The notes: generated by a model not told the origin, from the sequence alone. Positions 9,470 through 20,450 are shown, counted from the first letter of the stretch. The stretch is DNA of 64,000 nt from Longimicrobiales bacterium (GCA_965248195.1 CBDFIQ010000002.1:832001-896000), one strand, 5' to 3'. A program made the numbers and translations.

Positions 9470-9706
9470 CTCATGTGCGACTCAGTCGCTTCTGATCGGA
9501 CCGTTCGTGTCCCGGAATACGCCGGGGGTGAACGTGGTCGTGGCGGACATGGTGGGCAAGATGCGTCCTGGGCGTGTGAGGCGGCAAGGGTCTCCCACGC
9601 TCTCAGGGGATCCGCGAAGTGGGAGGAGAGATATCCAGGCTACCTTGCAGAACCACGTCACACGCTCAGAATGGCGCTCGGCGGGGGCCGTTTCGGCCGC
9701 CATGGG

Positions 9707-10894
9707 TCAGCGAGGAGCGTCCTCGGGTGTGGTAGGCGCCACCACGAAGACACCATTCCTTCCTCTGTGTTTGGCATTGTACATGGCGCCGTCAGCCGTC
9801 GCTACCAGTGCCTCGAGGGATTCGCACTCCGCACGCATTTGAGCCACACCGAAGCTCGCCGTGAACTTGACGTCCCCCCCCTCGAGATGGATGACGGACT
9901 GCTCCATCTGCTCTCGCAAACGTTCCGCGAGCTCATAGGCGTTCTGGGCGTTCGTGTGTGGCAGGAGAATGGCGAACTCCTCACCGCCTACGCGCCCCGC
10001 GACATCCGAATCCCTACATGTTTTGGCCACGATCCGGGACAGGTTCTTGAGCACTTCGTCCCCGACTGCATGACCGTGGGCGTCGTTGATGTTCTTGAAC
10101 TGGTCGATATCGAACAGGATGGCGGCCAGATCCTGTCCGTACCTGCGCGCGAGCTTGAAGGGGGTCTCACATAAGTCATAGAAGGAGCGGCGGTTGTTCA
10201 TGCCGGTCAGAAAGTCGGTGCGGGCCAGCGTCTCAGCTTTATCCTTGGCCGTTTGCAGTTCGTATGACAACGAGTGGGCGCGCTGGACGAAATGGTTCGT
10301 GATCCTCAACGAATGGAAGGCAGAGATCAGGAAGAGTACGACCACGAGCGCCATCAATCGCTCTTGCAGGCTGTCTTGGAGCGCGAAGTCCAGCGTCGCT
10401 GGAAGCACCAGTGCGAGTATGGTGAACATGACCGCCCGCAGGTGGATCGAATAGACAGCCACCGCCGCGCTCGCCATCCCGATCAGAAAAAAGAAGATCA
10501 TCGCCCGGTAGGCGAAGGCTTCCGGCAGCAGCAGCCACCCGCCTACGCCCCAGCAAAAGCCTGCCGCCACGAAGCTGAAAGTGAAGAAACGCTCCCAGAC
10601 CCTCGTGGTGAGAGAGCTCCGTCGTTTTTTGAAAGCGACGACCAGGGCCATCCGAAAGAGCGCTATCGATGCGATGACCATGACCCAAGCGATTGCCAAG
10701 CCATGGTTTGCTACTTGCCATATCCCTATGGAAAGGGCCGTCGCGGCCATAGGACTTGCGATGATCGCCAGAGGCGCTTGCGCGAAGACGAGCTTGAGTT
10801 GCTCGTCTCGCATGGTGTCGTCTTCTTGCTTCGCCTCGTCTTCTTCAGCCATACCTGGCTTTTCCTCCGTAAATCCCGACTTTCTTCCCGCCAT
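9707..10894 (-). CDS. membrane-bound diguanylate cyclase (GGDEF domain)
   Basis: N-terminal TM helices; DFLTGMNNRR, DIDQFKNIND, RDSD I-site, GGEEF. Confidence 0.92.
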   Translation of the reverse strand: MAGRKSGFTEEKPGMAEEDEAKQEDDTMRDEQLKLVFAQAPLAIIASPMAATALSIGIWQVANHGLAIAWVMVIASIALFRMALVVAFKKRRSSLTTRVWERFFTFSFVAAGFCWGVGGWLLLPEAFAYRAMIFFFLIGMASAAVAVYSIHLRAVMFTILALVLPATLDFALQDSLQERLMALVVVLFLISAFHSLRITNHFVQRAHSLSYELQTAKDKAETLARTDFLTGMNNRRSFYDLCETPFKLARRYGQDLAAILFDIDQFKNINDAHGHAVGDEVLKNLSRIVAKTCRDSDVAGRVGGEEFAILLPHTNAQNAYELAERLREQMEQSVIHLEGGDVKFTASFGVAQMRAECESLEALVATADGAMYNAKHRGRNGVFVVAPTTPEDAPR

Positions 10895-11099
10895 GGGGTG
10901 CCATCCTACTACTTAAAAGCATAGCCCCCGGCCTTCGAATCATGCAAAGGATTCTTCTTTCGCTTGCTCCGAGGTCGATCACACCAGCGAGAACAAGTGC
11001 TCGTAGCGGCGTTCCGCCCCCTGGCCGCCCCCTTGCATACGTGGACCGATATGGCCTGATTTGGAGACGTTCCAACGACATCAGAAGGGAGGGAAAATC

Positions 11100-12233
11100 C
11101 TGAGAATCGTGGTATTGGGCGGTGGCCGCGTCGGCAGCGCGATCGTGCGTGACCTCGCCGCTGACGACGGTTTTTCCGTGCTTGGGGTCGACCTCGATCC
11201 CGTGCGGGTCGAGCGGATGACCGAGTTCGGTGCGGAGGGCATGGTCGCGGATCTCTCCGAGCTCGGCAACGTGTCCAAGGCGATCGCCGACGCCGACCTC
11301 GTCGTCGGCGCGGTGCCTGGATTCATGGGATATCGGACCGTGGAGCGCGTGCTTCAAGAAGGAAAGCCGATGGTCGACATCTCATTTTTCCCCGAGGATG
11401 CGTTCGGACTCGACCGGCCCGCGAGGGAGGCCGGGGTATGCTGCCTCGTCGACTGCGGGATCGCGCCCGGGTTGAGCAACCTCATCCTCGGGCGCATGGA
11501 GGAGCACCTCGACGAGACGACCTCGTTCCATTGCCTCGTCGGCGGCCTTCCGGTCGAGCGTACGTGGCCGTGGGAGTACAAGGCGCCCTTTTCGCCGGGT
11601 GACGTGATCGAGGAGTACGTCCGCCCCGCCCGCCTGCGCCGGGACGGTGTGGAGATCACCCTGCCGGCTCTCTCCGAAGTCGAGTTGGTGGACTTCCCCG
11701 GACTCGGCTCGTTGGAGGCCTTCAACACGGACGGCCTACGCTCCCTGCTGCGTACCTGCAAGGCTCCGGACATGGTCGAGAAGACCATGCGTTATCCCGG
11801 TCACGCGGTACGGATGCGAATCCTGCGGGAGGCGGGTTTTTTCTCCACGGAGGAGGTCCAAGCTGCCTCCGGCGTCGTGCGCCCCCGAGACGTGACCGAG
11901 GCGCTCCTGTTCAGCGCGTGGCGATTCGAGGAGGGTGAGCCGGACCTGACGGTCATGCGAATCGTGGTAGAGGGCACGCAGAACGGGGGGGCCGTCCGCC
12001 ACACCTACAACCTGCTCGACTACTACAACCCGGACACCGAAACCTCATCGATGGCCCGCACAACCGGCTTTACGTGCACGGCGATGGTGAACCTGGTCGC
12101 CGGGGGGCTCTGGGACGAGCCGGGCCTGGCGCCGCCCGAGGTCGTGGGGCGAAACGCCGACTGCTTCGACGCGGTGCTCAAACATCTCGAGGACCGGAAC
12201 GTCCACATTTTTCAGCGGGTCGAGGGCATATAG
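11100..12233 (+). CDS. saccharopine dehydrogenase / lysine 6-dehydrogenase family oxidoreductase
   Basis: Rossmann motif IVVLGGGRVG; DCGIAPGLSN; FNTDGLRSL; SSMARTTG; start uncertain (CTG 11100 or TTG 11061). Confidence 0.85.
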   Translation: MRIVVLGGGRVGSAIVRDLAADDGFSVLGVDLDPVRVERMTEFGAEGMVADLSELGNVSKAIADADLVVGAVPGFMGYRTVERVLQEGKPMVDISFFPEDAFGLDRPAREAGVCCLVDCGIAPGLSNLILGRMEEHLDETTSFHCLVGGLPVERTWPWEYKAPFSPGDVIEEYVRPARLRRDGVEITLPALSEVELVDFPGLGSLEAFNTDGLRSLLRTCKAPDMVEKTMRYPGHAVRMRILREAGFFSTEEVQAASGVVRPRDVTEALLFSAWRFEEGEPDLTVMRIVVEGTQNGGAVRHTYNLLDYYNPDTETSSMARTTGFTCTAMVNLVAGGLWDEPGLAPPEVVGRNADCFDAVLKHLEDRNVHIFQRVEGI

Positions 12234-12971
12234 TTACTGATCCGGACACGCCCACGTCACGTAACGCACGGCCCCCTCAGGTTCTGTGCAGGTCCCGATA
12301 TCCCGGCGTCCATGACGGGATCCGATACCGATCTCCATAAAGTCCTCCCGGCACAACTCCGGCCCGGGCCTGGCGCACTGCGCAATCTCCCAGGGTCCGG
12401 CGCTGAACCACCCTTTTCTGGCCTCCATGGGTATACACTCGAAGGCGACTTGGACGGTTTCGCGCCGGCCGTGCAGAAGCCTGAAGTCTCCCTCCGTGGG
12501 ATCCATGTTCGAGTCCCATTCACCGATCGGGGTCTCCACGAACTCCCGGAGTGCGTCGCCAGCGTCGACCGGGATCCCCAGGTCATCACCCGGAAGGGGA
12601 ATCCTCCAGTGCCCGGAGCTGACCGATATGTGGGCAGCCAGCATCACCTGAATCTGAACACGAAATTCCAACTCGATGAAGACCCGCTGCGATCCCCTGG
12701 AGACATACGCGGCTGGCAGCTCTGATACGGGCGAGCTGATCCGCACGGCATCATCCGTCCAGGGGAGCAAAACGGGACGTGTGAGGGACAGGCCGGAGGG
12801 GCGGGACTCCTCGTCTTCGCGCTGGATCTCCTCGAAGTTACACCCGAGTGTGGAGATGGTCGGCGCCGCGAGACCGACTGCGGTCAGGCGGCGCAGGAAA
12901 ACACGACGGTTGTACCGCTCGGTCAAAGCCTGCCTCCATGGGTGGATTCGATGGATCGCGGTCTCGCCCAA
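12234..12971 (-). CDS. hypothetical protein, possible Tat-exported lipoprotein
   Basis: NRRVFL twin-Arg motif, hydrophobic stretch, TLGC lipobox-like; Cys-rich C-terminus. Confidence 0.55.
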   Translation of the reverse strand: MGETAIHRIHPWRQALTERYNRRVFLRRLTAVGLAAPTISTLGCNFEEIQREDEESRPSGLSLTRPVLLPWTDDAVRISSPVSELPAAYVSRGSQRVFIELEFRVQIQVMLAAHISVSSGHWRIPLPGDDLGIPVDAGDALREFVETPIGEWDSNMDPTEGDFRLLHGRRETVQVAFECIPMEARKGWFSAGPWEIAQCARPGPELCREDFMEIGIGSRHGRRDIGTCTEPEGAVRYVTWACPDQ

Positions 12972-13216
12972 CGCACAGAAAGCTGAAGGAGTACAGTGGG
13001 CCGGGCCACAGCAGCCTTCTCGGACTCAGGCAAGTTCTCGCACTATGCCCATAGCGGCCGTCGGGGGCAAGCCGTGGGCGGCGCTCCCGATTCGCTTGGC
13101 CGTCGGCCGTGTAATCGCCAGCGGTGAGGGAACGCACTATACTTCCGCTCGCATGCAAAAAGCGGTTCCAGCTCATACTCATATGCCCCTGCCTCCTCAT
13201 ACTGCCCCTGCCTGGC

Positions 13217-15298
13217 ATGCCTACGAACCCTAATCCGCTGCTTCGCGATTACGACCGTATTCCCTTTGGCGAAATCGAGGCCGCCCACGTCGTCCCTGGG
13301 GTGCGGAAAATTCTGAAGGACGCCCGGGCGGAGATCGAGGACCTGGTGGCCGTTGAGTCCACACCGACCTATGCCGACACGATCGGTCGGCTCGACTCCG
13401 CGCTCGAGCTGGTGAAGGAACGGAGCGTTCCGGTCACCCACCTGTTGTCTGTGGCGGAGACACCGGAGTTGCGCAAGGCGTTCAATGAGGTTCTGCCTGA
13501 GATCACGGAGTTCTGGACCCGGGTCACACTGAACGAGGGGTTGTGGAATCGAATCAAGGCCCTTTCCGAGACCGATGAGGCGGGGGCCCTGCCCCCGATC
13601 GAAAAACGGCATCTGGACACGACCTTGAGGGATTTCCGGCGGGCGGGAGCCGACCTCTCGACCGCCGACAAGGAGAAGCTGAGTGCCATCCGGCTCGAGA
13701 TCTCCAGCCTGGAGCACAAATTTTCCGAGAACGTGATCGACGCGACCAACAACTTTTCTCTCCTGATCGAGGACGGGGGACGTCTGGAGGGCGTTCCGGA
13801 GCCAGATCGGGAGGAGGCCCGGCGCAAGGCGGCGAACCAGGGACGAGAGGGCTGGCTTCTCACCCTCGACTACCCCTCCGTCGAGCCGATCATCAAACAC
13901 GCCCAGGATCGTGAACTTCGCCGGGAATTGTATACGGCCTTCGTCGGACGCTGCCGGGACGGTGAATTTACCAACACCGACATCATGGCCCGGCTGCTCC
14001 ATCTCCGGGGAGAGTTGGCGGAGGTGCTCGGATACTCCGACTTCGCCGATTACCGTCTCGAAGACCATATGGCCAAGACCGGCGAGCGGGCCTACGCCTT
14101 CGTCGAGGATATGACACAGAGGACGCGGCCGTACTGGGAACGCGATTTGTCCGAGTTACGGGAGCATGCCGCTGGGCTGGGCCTTCGCGAGGTAGAGCCA
14201 TGGGACGCGGCCTTCGTGAGTGAGAGTCTTAGACGGGCGAGGTTCGACATCGACGATGAAGTCATCCGTCCGTACTACCCGCTCGATCGCGTTCTAGATG
14301 GAGTGTTCGAGGTGGCGCGGAGGGTATTCGGCCTGGTCGTGCGGGAGCAGAGGATCCCCGAAGTCTGGCACCCGGACGTTCACTACTATGAGTTGTGTCG
14401 TGAAGACGACGGCAGGCTCCTGGGATTCTTCTACGCCGACTGGCATCCGCGTTCCGACAAGAGGCAAGGGGCCTGGATGAACGACCTGAGGACAGGTGGA
14501 CCGCGCGACGGGGGGTTCGAGCCACACGTCGGGATCATCGCAGGAAACTTGTCGCCGCCCAAAGGGGATGTCCCGTCCCTCCTGACGCACACCGAGGTGG
14601 AGACCATTTTCCACGAGTTCGGACATCTCCTTCATCACTTGACCTCCACCGTCCCGATCGCTCCAATGGCTGGCATCAACGTCGCGTGGGATTTTGTCGA
14701 GCTCCCCTCGCAGATCATGCAAAATTGGACTTGGGAACCGGAGGCCCTTTCGCTCTTTTCCGGGCACTATGAAACCGGTGAGCCGCTGCCCAAGGACCTC
14801 TATGAGAGGCTCCGGAGCGCACGCGCGTTCATGGGTGGTTGGAAGCAGATGCGGCAGCTCTCCCTAGCGCACGTCGATCTCCGGCTCCACCGTGATCCGC
14901 CCGATGAAGTGACGGGGAATCTGATGCCTTATGAGGATCTCATGCCTTATATAGAGGGGCTGTTCAAGGAGTATGTGCCGTCGGCCGAGTTCGCCCGGAT
15001 GCACTCCACGACCTCGTTTACGCACCTGTCTTCCGGGGAATATGCCGCGGCCTACTACTCGTATTCGTGGTCTGAAGTACTCGATGCCGATGCTTTCGGA
15101 CGGTTTCGCCGCGAAGGGATCTTCAATCGGGAGATCGGAGACGCGTATCTCGATGCCATCCTCACGAGGGGCGACAGCGATGAACCCGAGAACCTTTTTC
15201 GTGAATTCATGGGACGAGATCCGGATCTCCAGCCCTTGCTGGATCGTAATTTTGGGCCGCCTCTGGGGGGCCCGTCATCGGCCTCGAACACGCCTTGA
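13217..15298 (+). CDS. prlC: M3 family metallopeptidase (oligopeptidase A-like)
   Basis: NPLL N-terminus, KRQGAWM, FHEFGHLLH zinc motif, DFVELPSQ, YYSYSWSEVL. Confidence 0.88.
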   Translation: MPTNPNPLLRDYDRIPFGEIEAAHVVPGVRKILKDARAEIEDLVAVESTPTYADTIGRLDSALELVKERSVPVTHLLSVAETPELRKAFNEVLPEITEFWTRVTLNEGLWNRIKALSETDEAGALPPIEKRHLDTTLRDFRRAGADLSTADKEKLSAIRLEISSLEHKFSENVIDATNNFSLLIEDGGRLEGVPEPDREEARRKAANQGREGWLLTLDYPSVEPIIKHAQDRELRRELYTAFVGRCRDGEFTNTDIMARLLHLRGELAEVLGYSDFADYRLEDHMAKTGERAYAFVEDMTQRTRPYWERDLSELREHAAGLGLREVEPWDAAFVSESLRRARFDIDDEVIRPYYPLDRVLDGVFEVARRVFGLVVREQRIPEVWHPDVHYYELCREDDGRLLGFFYADWHPRSDKRQGAWMNDLRTGGPRDGGFEPHVGIIAGNLSPPKGDVPSLLTHTEVETIFHEFGHLLHHLTSTVPIAPMAGINVAWDFVELPSQIMQNWTWEPEALSLFSGHYETGEPLPKDLYERLRSARAFMGGWKQMRQLSLAHVDLRLHRDPPDEVTGNLMPYEDLMPYIEGLFKEYVPSAEFARMHSTTSFTHLSSGEYAAAYYSYSWSEVLDADAFGRFRREGIFNREIGDAYLDAILTRGDSDEPENLFREFMGRDPDLQPLLDRNFGPPLGGPSSASNTP

Positions 15299-15316
15299 AA
15301 GGCTCCAACTCGGGAC

Positions 15317-15345
15317 TTGATGCGGCTTTGGGCAGCCGTTAGCTT
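15317..15345 (+). promoter_or_regulatory. possible sigma70 promoter of the tRNA-tuf operon
   Basis: TTGATG-17 bp-TAGCTT. Confidence 0.4.
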
Positions 15346-15449
15346 ATCATGCTTACTTGGAAACACTTGGAAAACGGCCGTCTGCTGGGCGGCTTGCTGT
15401 GTTCCGGGGAGGGTAGGTCACGGGGTGGTATTGCCCCGGATCGATGGCC

Positions 15450-15531
15450 GGTGGGGTACCGAAGCGGTCAAACGGGGCAGACTGTAAATCTGCTGGCTTA
15501 GCCTTCGTAGGTTCGAATCCTACCCCCACCA
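15450..15531 (+). tRNA. tRNA-Tyr(GTA)
   Basis: cloverleaf GGTGGGG/CCCCACC, anticodon loop CTGTAAA, long variable arm, GTTCGAATC; CCA not encoded. Confidence 0.96.
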
Positions 15532-15551
15532 TTGGATGGCACAAAGGCTTT

Positions 15552-15625
15552 GCGGGAGTAGCTCAGTTGGCTAGAGCATCAGCCTTCCAAGCTGAGGGTC
15601 GCGGGTTCGAGTCCCGTCTCCCGCT
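15552..15625 (+). tRNA. tRNA-Gly(TCC)
   Basis: GCGGGAG/CTCCCGC acceptor stem, CTTCCAA loop, GTTCGAGTC. Confidence 0.96.
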
Positions 15626-15638
15626 CTAGAAAGGCGGC

Positions 15639-15710
15639 GCTCCGATAGCTCAGTGGTAGAGCGCCTCCTTGGTAAGGAGGAGGTCCCGGGTTCAAGTCCC
15701 GGTCGGAGCT
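15639..15710 (+). tRNA. tRNA-Thr(GGT)
   Basis: GCTCCGA/TCGGAGC acceptor stem, TTGGTAA loop, GTTCAAGTC. Confidence 0.96.
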
Positions 15711-15774
15711 CTGAGAGGAAGTAGAGGGGATCGGCAGCTAAGGAAGCGATTTCCAACACGGTGAGGAAGGAGCG

Positions 15775-16965
15775 ATGGGCAAAGCGAAATTTGATCGAAC
15801 GAAGCCACACGTAAACGTGGGAACGATCGGACACGTGGACCACGGGAAGACGACGCTGACGTCGGCGATCACAGCGACGCAAGCGAAGAAGTACGGAGGG
15901 GACGCGATTTCGTTCGACAACATCGATAAGGCGCCTGAGGAGCGGGAACGCGGGATCACGATTGCGACGGCTCACGTGGAGTACGAGACGGAGAACCGTC
16001 ACTACGCGCACGTGGACTGCCCGGGCCACGCGGACTACGTGAAGAACATGATCACGGGCGCGGCACAGATGGACGGAGCGATCCTGGTGGTGAGCGCAGC
16101 GGACGGCCCGATGCCTCAGACGCGGGAGCACATTTTGCTGGCACGGCAGGTGAACGTGCCGCACGTGGTCGTGTTCCTGAACAAGGTGGACATGGTGGAC
16201 GACGAGGAGTTGTTGGAGCTGGTGGAGTTGGAGGTACGGGAGTTGTTGAGCGAGTACGACTTCCCGGGCGACGACACGCCGGTGATCAAGGGGAGCGCGC
16301 TGAAAGCGATGGAAGCGGAGGGCGAGGGTGAGGACGTGGATTGCATCCAGGAGCTGATGGAAGCGATCGACAGCTTCATCCCGGAGCCGGAGCGGGACGT
16401 GGACAAGCCGTTCCTGATGCCCGTGGAGGACGTGTTTTCGATCACGGGTCGGGGGACGGTGGCGACGGGACGGATCGAGCGCGGGATCGTGAAGCAGGGA
16501 GAGGAAGTAGAGCTGGTGGGGATGGGAGCGGACCGCAAGACGGTGGTGACGGGAGTGGAGATGTTCCGGAAGCTGTTGGACGAGGGGCGGGCGGGGGACA
16601 ACGCGGGACTGTTGCTGAGAGGAGTGGGGAAGGACGAGATCGAGCGGGGCCAGGTACTGGCGAAGCCGGGCTCGATCGAGCCACACACGAAGTTCAAGGG
16701 CGAGGTGTACGTGTTGACGAAAGAAGAGGGAGGGCGCCACACGCCGTTTTTCGACGGGTACCGCCCACAGTTCTACTTTCGGACGACGGACGTGACGGGA
16801 GCGGCGAAGCTTCCGGAGGGAGTGGAGATGGTGATGCCGGGCGACAACGTGCAGATGGAAGTGGAGCTGATCACGCCGATTGCGATGGACAACCAGCTAC
16901 GCTTCGCTATCCGTGAGGGCGGACGTACGGTGGGCTCGGGCGTGGTGACGGCGATTGTTGAATGA
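15775..16965 (+). CDS. tuf: elongation factor Tu (copy 1)
   Basis: [20 protein letters not shown]. Confidence 0.99.
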   Translation: MGKAKFDRTKPHVNVGTIGHVDHGKTTLTSAITATQAKKYGGDAISFDNIDKAPEERERGITIATAHVEYETENRHYAHVDCPGHADYVKNMITGAAQMDGAILVVSAADGPMPQTREHILLARQVNVPHVVVFLNKVDMVDDEELLELVELEVRELLSEYDFPGDDTPVIKGSALKAMEAEGEGEDVDCIQELMEAIDSFIPEPERDVDKPFLMPVEDVFSITGRGTVATGRIERGIVKQGEEVELVGMGADRKTVVTGVEMFRKLLDEGRAGDNAGLLLRGVGKDEIERGQVLAKPGSIEPHTKFKGEVYVLTKEEGGRHTPFFDGYRPQFYFRTTDVTGAAKLPEGVEMVMPGDNVQMEVELITPIAMDNQLRFAIREGGRTVGSGVVTAIVE

Positions 16966-17028
16966 GGCGGCTTCGATTTCACTCTCTTCCTCCGCTACAC
17001 CGTGTCCGGGCGTAAGTGAGAGGAAGAG

Positions 17029-17181
17029 ATGGCGAGAGAAAAGATCACCCTGGGCTGCTCCGAGTGCGAGGAGCGGAACTACAACCAGACGAAGAATAAA
17101 CGGCTGCACCCGGAGCGGGTCGAGTACAGGAAGTACTGCCGACGCTGTAGGCGGCACACGATGCATAAAGAGACCAAGTAG
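17029..17181 (+). CDS. rpmG: 50S ribosomal protein L33 (Zn-binding type); not in ORF track
   Basis: hand translation [50 protein letters not shown]. Confidence 0.96.
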   Translation: MAREKITLGCSECEERNYNQTKNKRLHPERVEYRKYCRRCRRHTMHKETK

Positions 17182-17192
17182 CGGATGGGTGG

Positions 17193-17405
17193 ATGGCGAT
17201 AGGATCGAAAATCGCGGCGACACGCGACTTCATCGAGGAGTGTTGGGAAGAGCTCTCCAAGGTGACGTGGCCGGATCAAGAGCAGCTCAGGAGCGCGACA
17301 CTGGTCGTGATCCTGTTCGTGTTCCTGATTTCCGCGGTCATCTGGATCATGGACGTTGCGTCCCGAACGATCATCGGCTTCATCATGGGAATCTTTGGGG
17401 CGTGA
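17193..17405 (+). CDS. secE: preprotein translocase subunit SecE
   Basis: ELSKVTWP motif plus one TM helix; position. Confidence 0.94.
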   Translation: MAIGSKIAATRDFIEECWEELSKVTWPDQEQLRSATLVVILFVFLISAVIWIMDVASRTIIGFIMGIFGA

Positions 17406-17427
17406 GCGACCAGGTAGGGTGACGATC

Positions 17428-17973
17428 ATGGCCGAATCCACATGGTATGCGGTTCAGACCTATTCCGGGCATGAGAACAAAGTCCAGAAGCTGATTCAGC
17501 GGCGTATAGAGGAACAGCAAGGCTCTGAGGACGAGAAGGAAATCCGTGATGTCGTGGTCCCCACACAGGACGTGGTCGAGATTCGAAACGGCAAGCGCGT
17601 TACCGTAACCCGACGGCTTTATCCGGGATACGTGCTCGTGGACATTGACCTGAATGAAAGGACCATGCACACCGTCAACAACATTCAGGGTGTGATCAAG
17701 TTCGTGGGCAGCGGGAAAGCTCCGCAGCCCCTGCATGAGGAAGAGATCAACAAGATTCTCGGAATCGAGATTGAGAGAGACGACGACGAGACTCACGAAG
17801 AGATCCCGTTCCACGTCGGGCAGGTGGTGGAGGTGACTCAGGGTCCCTTCAGCGATTTCTCGGGGACTATCAAGGAAGTCTATCCGGAAAAGGGCAAGGT
17901 AAAGGTCGAGGTGTCGCTCTTCGGCCGGCCGACCTCGGTCGAATTGGACTACACACAGCTCAAGGGATTTTAG
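17428..17973 (+). CDS. nusG: transcription termination/antitermination factor NusG
   Basis: WYAVQTYSGHENKV, YPGYVLV, KOW motif. Confidence 0.97.
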   Translation: MAESTWYAVQTYSGHENKVQKLIQRRIEEQQGSEDEKEIRDVVVPTQDVVEIRNGKRVTVTRRLYPGYVLVDIDLNERTMHTVNNIQGVIKFVGSGKAPQPLHEEEINKILGIEIERDDDETHEEIPFHVGQVVEVTQGPFSDFSGTIKEVYPEKGKVKVEVSLFGRPTSVELDYTQLKGF

Positions 17974-18021
17974 GATTCCCTAGGCTGTTAGGTTTCTATG
18001 GGCAAGGTCCCAGGTTAGAGA

Positions 18022-18444
18022 ATGGCGAAGAAAATCATCGGTTTCATCAAGCTTCATGTGACCGGCGGGCAGGCCAACCCGGCTCCGCCGGTCGGTCCCG
18101 CGCTGGGTCAGCAGGGCGTGAACATCATGGAGTTCTGCACGCAGTTCAACGCCAAGACCCAGCAACAGACCGGGGTCACGATTCCGGTCGAGATCACGGT
18201 CTATGCCGATCGCTCCTTTTCCTTCATCACGAAGACGCCGCCGGCGTCGTTCCTGATCAAGAAGGCCGCGGGTGTGCAGAAGGCCTCCGGGGAGCCGAAT
18301 CGTGAGAAAGTTGGAACGGTGACGCGTGTACAACTCGAGGAGATCGCCAGCATCAAGATGGAGGATCTCAATACGAGCGACATGGATGCCGCAGTCCGCA
18401 TGCTGTCTGGCAGCGCGCGGTCGATGGGCATCGAGGTGGTTTAG
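18022..18444 (+). CDS. rplK: 50S ribosomal protein L11
   Basis: [12 protein letters not shown]. Confidence 0.98.
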   Translation: MAKKIIGFIKLHVTGGQANPAPPVGPALGQQGVNIMEFCTQFNAKTQQQTGVTIPVEITVYADRSFSFITKTPPASFLIKKAAGVQKASGEPNREKVGTVTRVQLEEIASIKMEDLNTSDMDAAVRMLSGSARSMGIEVV

Positions 18445-18516
18445 GGGCAACAGTCCGCCGAACCACCCGCTGAGAGCCGCCAGGGGTGGGAGGACGAAAC
18501 AAGTCGGTTCTAAATT

Positions 18517-19218
18517 ATGCCCAAACACGGCAAGAAATTCCGCGAGGCCCAGGCCAAGGTGCCGCCAGGCGTCCATTTCAAGCCCGATGAGGCGGTTCAG
18601 ATGGTCAAGGACCTCGCTTCGGCGAAGTTCGACGAGACGGTCGAAATGGCCACCTGCCTGAACGTCGATCCGCGCAAAGCCGATCAGATCGTAAGGGGCA
18701 CCGTCGTGCTGCCGCACGGCACCGGCAAAACGACACTTGTTTTGGTCATCGCCCAAGGCGAAAAGGAGACCGAGGCTTCGGAGGCCGGGGCGGACTTTGT
18801 GGGCACCGAATACCTGGAAAAAATCCAGGAGGGATGGCTGGACTTCGACGTGTGCGTGGCCACTCCCGACCTCATGGGAAAGGTTGGACCGCTGGGAAGA
18901 ATCCTCGGCCCTCGGGGCTTGATGCCGACGCCGAAGGGCGGGACCGTCACCTTCGATGTCGGTCGTGCCGTAAGAGAGATCAAGGCAGGAAAGATCGAAT
19001 ACCGAGTGGACAAGACCGGGAACGTACACGTGCCGCTGGGCCGCGTTTCTTTTTCTCCGGAACAGCTAGGCGAAAATCTGGGGGCGATCATGGATTCGAT
19101 CGTCCGGGCCAAGCCCTCTGCATCCAAAGGCACGTATGTGAAAAGTGTCACTCTTTCCAGCACGATGGGCCCCGGTGTTGCCATCGATCCGAACTTGTTT
19201 CGCCGGATCTCCGCATGA
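18517..19218 (+). CDS. rplA: 50S ribosomal protein L1
   Basis: [15 protein letters not shown]. Confidence 0.98.
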   Translation: MPKHGKKFREAQAKVPPGVHFKPDEAVQMVKDLASAKFDETVEMATCLNVDPRKADQIVRGTVVLPHGTGKTTLVLVIAQGEKETEASEAGADFVGTEYLEKIQEGWLDFDVCVATPDLMGKVGPLGRILGPRGLMPTPKGGTVTFDVGRAVREIKAGKIEYRVDKTGNVHVPLGRVSFSPEQLGENLGAIMDSIVRAKPSASKGTYVKSVTLSSTMGPGVAIDPNLFRRISA

Positions 19219-20015
19219 ACCGCGCTGAAAAGCAGACCTTCGTCGACGACTTTCGCGAAAAGGTTCGAGCAGCTCCGGTGCTTTACTTGACTGATTTTTC
19301 CGGGCTCGACGTGAAGTCCATGACTCTTCTCCGCCAGCGGCTCAAGGACTCCGGGACCGAGTATCTGGTGGTGAAGAATCGGCTGGTCAAGCTCGCTGTC
19401 GCTGACCTGGATCTACCGGACATCTCTGAGGCGTTGCTTGGCCCGACCGGTGTCGTGCTGGGTTACGAGGGGATTGTCGAGCCCGCGAAGGCGGTTAGCG
19501 ATTTTGCCAAGGAACACGACGATAAGCCGGTTTTCAAACTTGGCATTCTCGACAACCAGATCGTCGCCGCCGTCGAGATCCAGCGGCTTGCCAAGCTTCC
19601 GCCCCGCGAACAACTCCTCGCGGAGTTGGCTGGAGCGCTGGAAGCGCCGATGGCCGCTTTGGTGAGTGCCCTCGAGGGTAAGGTCCAGGAGATGTCGGGG
19701 CTCCTGGAGGCCTTGAGGGAACAGAAGGAAAGTGAAGGGCCGGAGCCGCCTAAGGCTGAGGCAGAGGCAGAGGCGCCCCAGGGTGAAGTTGAGGTGGAGG
19801 CCGAGGCTGAGGCCTCGCCTACCGACGCTGACGCCGAACCACCTGACGCTGAGAATGGTGAAGTTGAGGTGGAGGCCGAGGCTGAGGCCTCGCCTACCGA
19901 CGCTGACGCCGAACCACCTGACGCTGAGAATGGTGAAGTTGAGGTGGAGGCCGAGGCTGAGGCCTCGCCTACCGACGCTGACGCCGAACCACCTGACGCT
20001 GAGAATGAGAACTAG
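19215..20015 (+). CDS. rplJ: 50S ribosomal protein L10 with acidic repeat C-terminal extension (266 aa)
   Basis: ATGA overlap with rpl[17 protein letters not shown]; 3 x 25-aa repeat tail. Confidence 0.95.
   Translation: MNRAEKQTFVDDFREKVRAAPVLYLTDFSGLDVKSMTLLRQRLKDSGTEYLVVKNRLVKLAVADLDLPDISEALLGPTGVVLGYEGIVEPAKAVSDFAKEHDDKPVFKLGILDNQIVAAVEIQRLAKLPPREQLLAELAGALEAPMAALVSALEGKVQEMSGLLEALREQKESEGPEPPKAEAEAEAPQGEVEVEAEAEASPTDADAEPPDAENGEVEVEAEAEASPTDADAEPPDAENGEVEVEAEAEASPTDADAEPPDAENEN
19782..20006 (+). repeat. perfect 75-bp tandem repeat x3 in rplJ
   Basis: units 19782-19856, 19857-19931, 19932-20006 each encode [25 protein letters not shown]. Confidence 0.95.
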
Positions 20016-20072
20016 GAATCCATAGTCCCACCCCGGCCCCAGGCTGGGTGAACCCAGGAGGAAGCCACCATT

Positions 20073-20450
20073 ATGGCTACCAACCAAGAAAAGCTTCTCG
20101 AAACCATCGGCGACATGACCGTTCTCGAACTCTCTGAGTTCGTAGACGCGTTCAAGGACAAGTTCAACGTGACGGCTGCGGCGCCGGTGGCGGTGGCCGG
20201 TGGCGCCGTCGCGCCTGGCGGCGAGACCGACGTAGAAAAGGACGAGTTCGACGTCGTTCTCGAGGGAATTGGCGACAAGAAGATCCAGGTGATCAAGGTG
20301 GTCCGAGAGGTCACGAGCCTGGGTCTCAAAGAGGCGAAGGATTTGGTCGATGGTGCTCCGAGCACGGTCAGGGAGGCCATCAGCAAGGACGAGGCCGAGC
20401 AGGTCAAGGCCAAGCTGGAGGAGCAGGGCGCGACGGTAGCCCTGAAATAA
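20073..20450 (+). CDS. rplL: 50S ribosomal protein L7/L12
   Basis: [20 protein letters not shown]. Confidence 0.98.
   Translation: MATNQEKLLETIGDMTVLELSEFVDAFKDKFNVTAAAPVAVAGGAVAPGGETDVEKDEFDVVLEGIGDKKIQVIKVVREVTSLGLKEAKDLVDGAPSTVREAISKDEAEQVKAKLEEQGATVALK

Noticed and set aside
15444..15629. 61-aa ORF over the tRNA cluster
   Set aside because: Overlaps tRNA-Tyr and tRNA-Gly; spurious.
18834..19214. N-terminal extension of L10 in the 393-aa ORF call (likewise extended calls for nusG, rpsL, rpsG, rplW, rpsS, rpsC)
   Set aside because: Artefacts of taking the most upstream start; true starts match conserved N-termini.
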